Origin: Candidatus Latescibacterota bacterium
Lineage (GTDB): Bacteria > Latescibacterota > UBA2968 > GCA-2709665
Length of the DNA: 64,000 bases
Reading direction: 5' to 3'
Assembly (NCBI GenBank): GCA_963667175.2
Contig: CAXXXF010000016.1
Location: 192,001-256,000 of the forward strand
The notes under the pieces: model-generated
What the model was told of the DNA's origin: nothing
The model's input: the letters and a program-made list of their open reading frames with translations, nothing else
Databases searched by the model: none
Made by a program: the position numbers and the translations under genes
Part shown: one piece after another, positions 18,685-27,136 of the stretch
Layout of the letters: each line of letters begins with the position of its first letter
Numbering within the stretch: position 1 is the first letter of the stretch

Positions 18685-19533
18685 CTATTCCCCGCGTGCC
18701 TGGTCTTTCTCCTTCGGCAGGACGAGGAACGTCTCCGACTGGACGTCGATGTTGAAAATGCGCAGGTAGCGGTTGTGGCGGAGTCCGTTCACTTCCCCGA
18801 TCAGTTCCAGGACACCGTCGCCGTCGATATCCAGATAGCCGAGCCGGTCGCCGAATCCGTCGGCAAAATACCACTCCATGAGCAAGGTGTCCAGGTCGAC
18901 GACCACACCCGTGTTCAAAACGACCTCAAGTCCGTAGTCGTCGTCGAAGTCCGCGATCACCATGCTTTGGGCGTGAATGGATTCCTTTGGAATCACGTCG
19001 CTGATTCCCTGTTCGTACAGTTCCAGGCAGTCGTATATGTGGACGTGCGTCTCGCTGTGGCCCAATCCTTTGACCAGATAGACGAATTCCAGTTGGGGAT
19101 CGTCGTCCACGTTCGCGATTGCCATGTGGATGATATCTTCCTGGATCTGCCATATGAAACTGTAGTCCTGCGCGCTGTACAGTACGATACGCGTGAAGGT
19201 GTAAGCGATGATCTCAACCTCCCCGTCCGCATCGACGTCCTCCACAAACACACCGAGGATGGCCGATCCCAGGGACTCGCTCTTCCACTCCTCGTACCCG
19301 CGTCCGTCGACGTACCTTACCGCATGCAGACTTCCGTCCGCGTCGCCGTAGACGACCCTCGGACTCGTTCCTTCACCCGACGGCAGGATACGGATCTGAG
19401 GCAATTCATCTATGCTGCCACCCCAGCGGAAATGCCGGTTGTCTCGCAAGCTGTACCAGTCCGGAATCTCGGCCTGCGCCGGCATCTGCGCCGTCAGGCA
19501 GAAGAGCGCGGCAACCAGGGAGCCGTATCGCAT
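18685..19533 (-). CDS. Secreted FG-GAP/VCBS-repeat protein
   Basis: Signal peptide ending AQA; DVDADGEVEI, NVDDDPQLE, DFDDDYGLE, DIDGDGVLE. Confidence 0.8.
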   Translation of the reverse strand: MRYGSLVAALFCLTAQMPAQAEIPDWYSLRDNRHFRWGGSIDELPQIRILPSGEGTSPRVVYGDADGSLHAVRYVDGRGYEEWKSESLGSAILGVFVEDVDADGEVEIIAYTFTRIVLYSAQDYSFIWQIQEDIIHMAIANVDDDPQLEFVYLVKGLGHSETHVHIYDCLELYEQGISDVIPKESIHAQSMVIADFDDDYGLEVVLNTGVVVDLDTLLMEWYFADGFGDRLGYLDIDGDGVLELIGEVNGLRHNRYLRIFNIDVQSETFLVLPKEKDQARGE

Positions 19534-19535
19534 GT

Positions 19536-20690
19536 CTATCGGTCCTTCAAACGGGAAAGAATCGAAAAGATCTCGGTGTTCGCCCGAATCGCTTCTTCGC
19601 CGTCCGGAACGGTACGCTGGTGACACGCCAGACACACCTCCCGGAGTTCCAGTTTATGGCAGCTCGTGCATTCGTTCACGTTGCCGTACGGCTCGAAAAA
19701 CGGCGCTTCACGCAGGTGAAAGGCCTCCGCATCGGTGCGCCGACCCGGGTTTTGATGGCCGACCGTGCCGCTAACGCCCTCTCTCTCGTGGCAATCCTGA
19801 CAGAATGCCCTGAGTTTGTGGCATGACGCGCAGTCTCCGATCCTTCCGGAGACTTCCTCTCCATGGTTTCCTCGAAAATCCGATGTGATCGAAATGACCT
19901 TAATGTACCGCTCTGGCCGCAGACTCTTGTATTCACCGATCAGGTCCGGAGTTCCGTCGTAATTCACGTCCATGTACCCCATTCGGTCGCATCCGCCGAA
20001 GTGCCACTCGAAGTCAAGGGATCGCGCGTCGATCACGACGCCCGTGTTGATGGCGATTTCGAGCTGATCGTCTTCGTCCAGATTGGCGACGACCATGCTC
20101 TCGCCAATGAGGGTCTGTTCGCCCCTCCTCTCCTCCGCAAGATGCCTGCCGTCGTAAACGAACAGCCGCGAGTCCCGCTCTCCGGAAGCGTCTTCCGCTT
20201 CGCCGAGAAAGATCAACTCCAGCTGCGGGTCCCCATCGAGATTCTCGATGGCCATCGTGGAGATCGTGGCGTATTCGTCATCTTTGCTTCGCCAGATCAA
20301 CTCATACGTATCCGCATTGTACATCACAATATCGCCCCAGTGCGAATAGGCGACGATCTCCAGGATTCCGTCCGCATTGACATCCGCGACGAATACCTGC
20401 GCCACGGATGACTTGAGGGATTGGCCAACCCAGGCCTCCCGGGACCGCCCTTCCGAGAACTCGAGCACGTGCAGCAGGCCCTGCCGGTCTCCGTATACCA
20501 GACGCTTCAGCGAATCGGCGCCAGCGGGGATGACGCGAACGGTACGCATTTCGGAGAGTGCGCCTCCGTACGCAACGTCCTTTTGCTTCTCCCACCGGAA
20601 CCATTCCAGGTCTCCGGCATGCGCAAACGTAAGCCCCCCGCACAGACAGGACAGCACCCAGAACAGGTTTCGAGAGAATAAGCGCCGCAC
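19536..20690 (-). CDS. Secreted FG-GAP-repeat protein with C-terminal tetraheme cytochrome c domain
   Basis: Signal peptide ending AHA; DVNADG, NLDGDPQLE, DVNYDG repeats; CASCH, CQDCH, CTSCH, CLACH. Confidence 0.8.
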   Translation of the reverse strand: MRRLFSRNLFWVLSCLCGGLTFAHAGDLEWFRWEKQKDVAYGGALSEMRTVRVIPAGADSLKRLVYGDRQGLLHVLEFSEGRSREAWVGQSLKSSVAQVFVADVNADGILEIVAYSHWGDIVMYNADTYELIWRSKDDEYATISTMAIENLDGDPQLELIFLGEAEDASGERDSRLFVYDGRHLAEERRGEQTLIGESMVVANLDEDDQLEIAINTGVVIDARSLDFEWHFGGCDRMGYMDVNYDGTPDLIGEYKSLRPERYIKVISITSDFRGNHGEEVSGRIGDCASCHKLRAFCQDCHEREGVSGTVGHQNPGRRTDAEAFHLREAPFFEPYGNVNECTSCHKLELREVCLACHQRTVPDGEEAIRANTEIFSILSRLKDR

Positions 20691-20703
20691 GCCGAACCTC
20701 CGC

Positions 20704-21609
20704 TCAGAACAGGCTTACGTCTACGTTGAGATAGCGTTTCGGGTCCTCTTTGATCCCGTTGATGAGGCTGTCTACCGAGGCCAGCGTGCGCCGCAGATCC
20801 AGATACAGGGATTCGTCCTGGATGAGGCGGCCCAGCGTCCCTTCGCCACGGCGCAGCTTCCCGCTCACCTCGTTCAGATCGGAAAGAGACGTCCCGAGCG
20901 ATTCCAATACCGTCTCCATATTGCGCGCCAACCCGTCCAGCCTTTGGGTCATGAGCCGCAAATTCCCGACAACATGGCGCACTTCCGGCCTGTTCTCGTC
21001 CAGCAGAATTCGTGCGTCACGGGCGGCCAGGGCCGCCGTATCCAGAACGGCCGCGAGCGTCTCGCGGTTATCGGAAAGCGTCTGCTTCAGATGGACGGCG
21101 GTGCTGTCCATATTCGCCAGCAGCGCTTCGACGTGGGCGATGTTCCGGTCGACAAGCACGGCTTCCAGACGCTGCGCCACAGAACTGGCCCGGTCGGTCA
21201 TCTCTTCGATGCCACCTCCCGACCGTCCGTGCAGCGTGTCGTGATCGGCATAGACCCGCTCAATGTCCGATCCTACCTTGACGTCGATCATTTTGCCCCC
21301 CAACAATCCCTCGGACTGCAGGAAAACCTCTGAATCTCGCGGAAGACTTCGAATTTCCGCAAAGCCGATACTGACGAGGGGCAACCCATGCGTAAGTCTG
21401 ATTTCAAGCACCTTGCCGGCCCAAACGCCCCGGATGAAGACCGGGTCGCCGGGCTGCAGCCCGGGCACGCTGTCGAAAATTACATGCAATTGATAACCGC
21501 CGGCTGCCCCCGCGTAATTCTCAGAGAGCCAGGCCGCACCGAGGACTGCGATTGCGATCGCCAGAAAGATGACGGCGCCCAGAACCATCTGCTTTTCTCG
21601 ACTGATCAT
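20704..21609 (-). CDS. mlaD: MCE/MlaD family protein
   Basis: N-terminal TM; GLQPGDPV..GV..GKV; GLLGGK; GEGTLGRLIQDESLY. Confidence 0.9.
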   Translation of the reverse strand: MISREKQMVLGAVIFLAIAIAVLGAAWLSENYAGAAGGYQLHVIFDSVPGLQPGDPVFIRGVWAGKVLEIRLTHGLPLVSIGFAEIRSLPRDSEVFLQSEGLLGGKMIDVKVGSDIERVYADHDTLHGRSGGGIEEMTDRASSVAQRLEAVLVDRNIAHVEALLANMDSTAVHLKQTLSDNRETLAAVLDTAALAARDARILLDENRPEVRHVVGNLRLMTQRLDGLARNMETVLESLGTSLSDLNEVSGKLRRGEGTLGRLIQDESLYLDLRRTLASVDSLINGIKEDPKRYLNVDVSLF

Positions 21610-21621
21610 TCGTCACCCGCT

Positions 21622-22365
21622 TCAGATTTTACCCTGAACGAACATGTCATAGACGTCGTTTCCGCTCCTCTCAATTTCCTCGGGACTCCCTTGAATGGCC
21701 GTCTTCCCGTTGTAGAGCAAGGCAATCCGGTCCGAAATCCTGCGGGCAAGCGGGAGATCGTGGGTAACCACGACGGAGGTTACATCCAGCTCGTTCTGGA
21801 GTTTCAATATATAGTCGCCCACAACATTGGCGGTACCCGGATCCAAACCCGTCGTCGGCTCATCATAGAGAATGAAATCCGGCGACATGGCGATCGCCCG
21901 TGCCAGCGCCGCGCGCTTGCGCATGCCGCCTGACAGTTCGACGGGCATGGTTTGCTCCGACCCGGCGAGCCGAACCGCGCCCAGGCATACGCTCACCCGT
22001 TCCTCAATCTCCCTCTCCGACATCCGGGTATGCATCCGCAGGCCGAACGCCACGTTCTCCTTGACGTTCATTGAGTCGAACAGCGCGGCGGACTGAAACA
22101 GGACGCCAATCCGTTTGCGCAACTCCTTGAGGTCTTTGTTGTTGATGGAATTCATGACGTGACCGTCCACGGTTACCCGTCCGTGATCTGCCTGTTCGAT
22201 TCCGATCATATGCTTGAGGGTCACACTCTTGCCGCACCCGCTGGGGCCCAGAATGGTCGTGACTTCCCCCCATCGGACCTCAAGATCCATTCCCTTGAGG
22301 ACTTTCAGATCGTCGAACCGCTTGTGTACGGCTTCAAATCTGACGGCAACGCCATTCTTTGACAT
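21622..22365 (-). CDS. mlaF: MlaF-type ABC ATPase
   Basis: GPSGCGKS, LFQSAALFDSM, LSGGMRKR, YDEPTTGLDP. Confidence 0.92.
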   Translation of the reverse strand: MSKNGVAVRFEAVHKRFDDLKVLKGMDLEVRWGEVTTILGPSGCGKSVTLKHMIGIEQADHGRVTVDGHVMNSINNKDLKELRKRIGVLFQSAALFDSMNVKENVAFGLRMHTRMSEREIEERVSVCLGAVRLAGSEQTMPVELSGGMRKRAALARAIAMSPDFILYDEPTTGLDPGTANVVGDYILKLQNELDVTSVVVTHDLPLARRISDRIALLYNGKTAIQGSPEEIERSGNDVYDMFVQGKI

Positions 22366-22433
22366 TTCTCATCCTACACGGCGAATCTGCAGGACAGGCG
22401 GACCCACGTCCGGATTGCAGGAGAAATTCGCCA

Positions 22434-23207
22434 TCAATAGAGCAACGTCTTGGTGAGGAAATAGTCGAGGATCAATATCGATGCCGCCGAAATCACGACT
22501 GCCGCCGTCGCAGCGCGGCCGACGCCCTGCGCCCCACCGGATGCCGACAGCCCGGTGTATGAACCGTAGAAGGTGATCAACCCCCCGTAAACCACGGACT
22601 TGATGAGGCAGACCACCAGATCGTACGAACTGAAGTCGAGTTTCATCCCTTTTACAAAATCCGCAACCGTGATATCCATGAGAAGAATAGACATCACATA
22701 ACCGGAATAGATCGACGTGAACGCGGAGAACACCACCAGCACCGGGATCATGACGATACCGGCGAGTACGCGGGGCATGAGGAGGTAGCCAACCGGATCC
22801 ACGGCGAGAGAAACCAGGGCATCAACCTGTTCGGAAACCTTCATGGTGCCCACTTCCGATGCGATGCCCGCGCCCACGCGCCCCGCCAGCACCAGCCCCA
22901 TGAGAATCGGCGCGAGCTCCAGCAACACGGAGCGGACAACGATGCTGCCGACCATATAGTCCGGAACATAGTCCTCCATCTGGTAGGCCATCATTGTGGA
23001 TACGGCCATACCGCTGAAAGCCGATACAAGGATGACCAGAGACAGCGAATTCACGCCAACCGCGTAACATTGTTCGATGATCTGGCGCCTGTAGAAGTAG
23101 ACGTTTGGCAATTCTCCGAGAAATCGGCGAAAATACCCTGCCATCGAGTGGGTCAGCAGCAGAAAGCGGGCGGTCTTTATGCCCAGGAATTGCAGCAATC
23201 GTTTCAC
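22434..23207 (-). CDS. mlaE: MlaE-type permease
   Basis: ELAP...AGRVGAGIASEVGTMKVSEQVDAL; GAQGVGRAAT; GTG start inferred. Confidence 0.92.
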   Translation of the reverse strand: MKRLLQFLGIKTARFLLLTHSMAGYFRRFLGELPNVYFYRRQIIEQCYAVGVNSLSLVILVSAFSGMAVSTMMAYQMEDYVPDYMVGSIVVRSVLLELAPILMGLVLAGRVGAGIASEVGTMKVSEQVDALVSLAVDPVGYLLMPRVLAGIVMIPVLVVFSAFTSIYSGYVMSILLMDITVADFVKGMKLDFSSYDLVVCLIKSVVYGGLITFYGSYTGLSASGGAQGVGRAATAAVVISAASILILDYFLTKTLLY

Positions 23208-23430
23208 GTGATGTTTCCGACAATGGGTTTGCGCCGCACGGAGGCGCGTCTCCGCCAGAGGCACGGGCTGTCGGACGCAATCGTTCGAATGCGAAAACGA
23301 CATCCGGAGGCCCGCCGGTCGGCGGACAAAAGGCGCCGGACTGCAATTTCGCGCCGAGGCGTCCGGAGTCATCGACAGCCTTTGCCGGTTTCCATTCGAG
23401 CAAGCCCGGATGCCGTTCGGGAGTTTCTAC

Positions 23431-23459
23431 CAATTTAACCACTGAATTCGGTTGGATCA
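23431..23459 (-). promoter_or_regulatory. Possible sigma70 promoter of the mla operon
   Basis: TTGATC-17 nt-TAAATT on the minus strand. Confidence 0.45.
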
Positions 23460-23530
23460 ACGACTTTGTGTTTCTCCTGCATCGCCTGCTCCGCGTCCGA
23501 ATCGACGCGCCCAGACGGTCTCAGCAGCAC

Positions 23531-23564
23531 AAAAAAAGCGGGTGGGGAAAACCCCCGTACCCGC
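23531..23564 (-). terminator. Terminator after the sigma factor gene
   Basis: GC-rich hairpin followed by T7 on the minus strand. Confidence 0.7.
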
Positions 23565-23592
23565 AGATCCTGGCGCTGCCGCCGATTCGGAA

Positions 23593-24462
23593 TCAGACCT
23601 GATCCTGCCATGCCTCTTCCGCACGAACACGTTGCCGGAAATACCGGCGCAACTTACCCAGGGCCCGGTTTCGGATCTGGCGTACGCGTTCACGCGTGAC
23701 GCCCAGTTCATTGCCGATCTCTCCGAGTGTCCTCCGGTCTCCTCCTTCCAGGCCGAAATACGAGCGGATCACGTTGGCTTCCCGGGTGTCGAGGCTGCCG
23801 GCGAGGGAGGCGCTGATCAGTTCGGTGCGGTCCCGTTCGAGGACCTCCAGATCCGGGTGGGCATCGTCGCAATCGAGTACCTGCAACAGGGTCTTTTCTC
23901 CTTCCGCGTCGATGGGAGATTCGAGCGAGAGATCCGTCCGTGCGCATCGAAGCGCCCGTTCCGCGCGCTTTCGACTGATCTTCATATCACTGGCCACTTC
24001 GTCGACCGTCGGCACCCGTCCCAATTCCTGTGTCATCTGCCCCCATCGCCGGGCCATGCGATCCATGTCCTCCTGCCGGTTGGCGGGCATGGCCACCGCG
24101 GAGGTACGCTTCAGCGCGTTCAATATCGCCTGACGGATCCACCAGACGGCATAGCTGATAAACTTGTAACCCCGGGATTCATCAAACCGGTTCAGGGCTT
24201 CCATCAGACCCATGTTTCCTTCTGCAATCAGGTCCGAGAGCGGAACCCCTCGGCCCTGATACTCGAGGGCAACGCTCACGACAAAACGCAAGTTGGAAGT
24301 AACCAGCCTCTCGATCGCCTTCGGATCGCCTTTCCGAGCGCGCATTAGGGTGTCCATCTCCTCCTTGCGCGTCATTGGCGGATACCGGCGCAGTTCCTTG
24401 AGGTATCGTTGTACGGAGGCGTCATGAGGCAGACGCTTTTTTGCGGGTTCCTGGAAGTTCAC
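23593..24462 (-). CDS. RNA polymerase sigma70 factor, RpoD/SigA family (short form)
   Basis: NLRFVVSVA, DLIAEGNMGL, KFISYAVWWIRQ, TRERVRQI. Confidence 0.94.
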   Translation of the reverse strand: MNFQEPAKKRLPHDASVQRYLKELRRYPPMTRKEEMDTLMRARKGDPKAIERLVTSNLRFVVSVALEYQGRGVPLSDLIAEGNMGLMEALNRFDESRGYKFISYAVWWIRQAILNALKRTSAVAMPANRQEDMDRMARRWGQMTQELGRVPTVDEVASDMKISRKRAERALRCARTDLSLESPIDAEGEKTLLQVLDCDDAHPDLEVLERDRTELISASLAGSLDTREANVIRSYFGLEGGDRRTLGEIGNELGVTRERVRQIRNRALGKLRRYFRQRVRAEEAWQDQV

Positions 24463-24636
24463 GGCGGGGACCCATCCCTTTACAGCCCGATCTCGCCGGT
24501 ATCTCCGGCACGGAAATGGAAGGATGTACGATTGGAACGATTTGGAAGCACGAAAGTTCCACTTTCTTCAATGCGAACCCAGTGTCCGGTCCCAGGAATA
24601 CCTCACCATTCTTCCGACGATTCCCGCGAACCCAAT

Positions 24637-24672
24637 AAAAAAAAGCGAGCCATCGAAAAATCGACGGCTCGC
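24637..24672 (-). terminator. Terminator downstream of tRNA-Arg
   Basis: GCGAGCC...GGCTCGC stem plus T tract on the minus strand. Confidence 0.7.
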
Positions 24673-24684
24673 CCCGAAATGGCA

Positions 24685-24762
24685 TGGTGGGACATACAGG
24701 ATTCGAACCTGTGACCTCTGGTTCCGGAGACCAGCGCTCTATCCAGACTGAGCTAATGCCCC
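24685..24762 (-). tRNA. tRNA-Arg(CCG)
   Basis: GGGGCAT/ATGTCCC acceptor stem, CTGGT-CTCCGGA-ACCAG anticodon arm, GGTTCGAATCC, CCA end. Confidence 0.97.
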
Positions 24763-24780
24763 CTGGACTGATGAAATCGG

Positions 24781-24870
24781 TCAGGCCTTCTTGTGGCGAT
24801 CTCTTCTGCGGCGCTTCTTGCGCTTGTGAGTCGCAATCTTGTGGCGTTTTCGCTTTCTTCCGCAGGGCAA
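24781..24870 (-). CDS. 29-aa basic protein, bS22/AURKAIP1-COX24 (mS38-like) small ribosomal protein
   Basis: AAGGAGG RBS, TTG start, MPCGRKRKRHKIATHKRKKRRRRDRHKKA; below the ORF-track cutoff. Confidence 0.85.
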   Translation of the reverse strand: MPCGRKRKRHKIATHKRKKRRRRDRHKKA

Positions 24871-24913
24871 GTAATGCTCCTCCTTGTCGGGCTATCGGTG
24901 TCGCGGCGCTGGT

Positions 24914-25201
24914 TCAGCCTGCCTGGTCACACACGAGGCCCGCCCGAAGTTCCCGGGAAGGCTTGAATACCGGCGCAGGGCGCTCCGGAATCTTGACGAC
25001 GTCGCCCGTCTTGGGATTTCGACCTATCCGGGGTGCCCGGGTCACAACCTTGAACGTCCCAAACCCTCGAATCTCGATGTGTTCGCCATGTTTCAATGCC
25101 GCCACCACCGAGTCGAGGAAACCCTCCACGACAGCCGCCGTATCCGATTTCGGCAACCCCGTGGCCTCTGCAATCTGACTGACGATATCGGCTTTGGTCA
25201 C
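24914..25201 (-). CDS. HU/IHF family DNA-binding protein
   Basis: MTKADIV, IEIRGFGTF, GRNPKTG, PVFKPS. Confidence 0.95.
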   Translation of the reverse strand: MTKADIVSQIAEATGLPKSDTAAVVEGFLDSVVAALKHGEHIEIRGFGTFKVVTRAPRIGRNPKTGDVVKIPERPAPVFKPSRELRAGLVCDQAG

Positions 25202-25273
25202 CGAATCCCCTTTCGAAACTGGCTTGTGACTCAACGAATAACAGACCGGTCGATTTGGCCTGGACAAGCGAAA

Positions 25274-25302
25274 AGGATATACAAATGACATCGCTTTGTC
25301 AA
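25274..25302 (-). promoter_or_regulatory. Sigma70-type promoter of HU-bS22-tRNA unit
   Basis: TTGACA-17 nt-TATCCT. Confidence 0.6.
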
Positions 25303-25313
25303 CAAAAATCAGT

Positions 25314-27098
25314 TTACTGCCGGTCGCTTCCGATGTACTGAAGTTGATGAAGCCGGTGATAGATGCCCTTGCTCGCCAACAGGGCTTCGTGTGTCCCGGT
25401 TTCCCGGATCTCACCCCTGTGAAGGACCAGAATCCGGTCGGCACTGCGGACAGTTGAAATGCGATGCGCGATGACGATGGACGTCCTCGACCGCATCAGT
25501 CTGCCCACTGCATCCTGAATCCAGGCCTCTGTCTCGGTGTCTACGCTGGAGGTGGCTTCGTCCAGGACCAGAATGTCGGGGTCAAACGCGATCGCACGGG
25601 CAAAAGCCAGCAGCTGGCGCTGTCCTCCGGACAGGTTGCCTCCCCGTTCAGTGACGGCGTGCCCGTATCCCGAGGGCAACTGGCGGATAAATCGGTCCGC
25701 GTTTACCTCCCGTGCGGCCTGTTCGACCTGCTGCCGTGAAATCCCGGGGTTTCTCAAGCGGATATTCGCATCAATGTCCCCCGAGAACAGGAACACGTCC
25801 TGCTGGACAACGCCTATGCGCCTCCTTAAGGCCTCTACGTCCCACTCGGCTACATCGACGCCGTCAATTCGAATCCGCCCGCGCTGGATTTCGTAGAATC
25901 TGCACAGCAGGTTTATGATGGTCGTTTTTCCTGAACCCGTCGCGCCGACGATGGCCAGCCGTTCGCCCGGTTTTACGATGAAAGAGACGTCTCTCAGGAC
26001 CCAGTCATCCTGGTTGTAGGCGAACCACACGTTGGAAAACTCGATCTCCCCCCTGATCCTCTTCGACCCTTTCAGACCGCGGCCGGGCTCTGGCCGCGTG
26101 TCCAGGAGTTCGAATATCCGCTCCGAGGATGCCATCGCGGCCTGAAAAATCGCGTACCTTTCGGCGACGTCCAGAATGGGCCAGAAGAACCTGGGGATGT
26201 ACTGCAGCATGGCGATCAGCGCGCCCCACTCGATCTGAGACCGGATCACATCGTTGCTTCCCTGCCAGATAACCAGCGCGGTGGCCGCGGACCCGAGCAA
26301 CTGCATAATCGGAAAGTAGAGTGAGTAATACAGCGTCGACTCCAGATTCGCGTTCAGGTACCGGCCGTTAACGCCGTCGAAGCGCTCGGCATGCCGGTTT
26401 TCACGGCCGAAGAGTTGCACCACCGACATTCCCGTGATGTTCTCCTGCAAATAGGCGTTCAGGCGCGCCAACCGGCTGCGCGCGAGGCGAAAAGCCCGCA
26501 ACATGCGTCCCTGGAACCAGAATGTTACGCCGAACATTACGGGCACCGTCGCGCAGACCCACAGCGCCAGTGAAGCGTCCATATAGAACATGTAGGCCAT
26601 AATCGCGATCAGCGTGAAGACGTCGCTGAACACGGCCACCACTCCATCCGTAAACAGCTCGTTGAGCGCGTCCACGTCGTTCGTATTGCGGGTCATCAGA
26701 CGACCGATCGGCGTTCGGTCGAAGAATTTTACGGGCAGCCGCTGAAGGTGAGCGAAGATGGCTTTTCGGATATCGTACATCACCCACTGGCCGACCATCT
26801 GTGTCACCAGCCTCTGTGCCACGTCGGCCAGGAACTGAAACACGAGCAGCCCAACAAACACCAGCACGATCCGGTTCAGGCCCGCCACGTCTCCGGGAAG
26901 AATATGGTCGTCCACGGCAATCTTGCTCAAATAGGGACCGGCCTGCCTGGCTGCAGACGTCAGGAGAATCAGGACGAAGGCAACAGTCACCCAGCGCCTG
27001 TATGGCCTGAGGTAACCGAGAAGGCGCCACATCAGCCGTGAATCGAACGGCTTCTGCGCCACCTCTTCTTCGTGCGTATCGCGGGTTGCATCAGGCAT
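25314..27098 (-). CDS. ABC exporter TMD-NBD half transporter (subunit B)
   Basis: GATGSGKTT, LSGGQRQ, LDEATSSVD; N-terminal TM domain. Confidence 0.93.
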   Translation of the reverse strand: MPDATRDTHEEEVAQKPFDSRLMWRLLGYLRPYRRWVTVAFVLILLTSAARQAGPYLSKIAVDDHILPGDVAGLNRIVLVFVGLLVFQFLADVAQRLVTQMVGQWVMYDIRKAIFAHLQRLPVKFFDRTPIGRLMTRNTNDVDALNELFTDGVVAVFSDVFTLIAIMAYMFYMDASLALWVCATVPVMFGVTFWFQGRMLRAFRLARSRLARLNAYLQENITGMSVVQLFGRENRHAERFDGVNGRYLNANLESTLYYSLYFPIMQLLGSAATALVIWQGSNDVIRSQIEWGALIAMLQYIPRFFWPILDVAERYAIFQAAMASSERIFELLDTRPEPGRGLKGSKRIRGEIEFSNVWFAYNQDDWVLRDVSFIVKPGERLAIVGATGSGKTTIINLLCRFYEIQRGRIRIDGVDVAEWDVEALRRRIGVVQQDVFLFSGDIDANIRLRNPGISRQQVEQAAREVNADRFIRQLPSGYGHAVTERGGNLSGGQRQLLAFARAIAFDPDILVLDEATSSVDTETEAWIQDAVGRLMRSRTSIVIAHRISTVRSADRILVLHRGEIRETGTHEALLASKGIYHRLHQLQYIGSDRQ

Positions 27099-27136
27099 AT
27101 GGGTTCACACAACCTGGGGCCTGGCACTCCCCTGGT

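Noticed and set aside
23300-23400. c-di-GMP-I riboswitch in the mla leader (GGCAAA...GGACGC)
   Set aside because: No GNRA-capped P2 stem or GCAAA junction in the required arrangement
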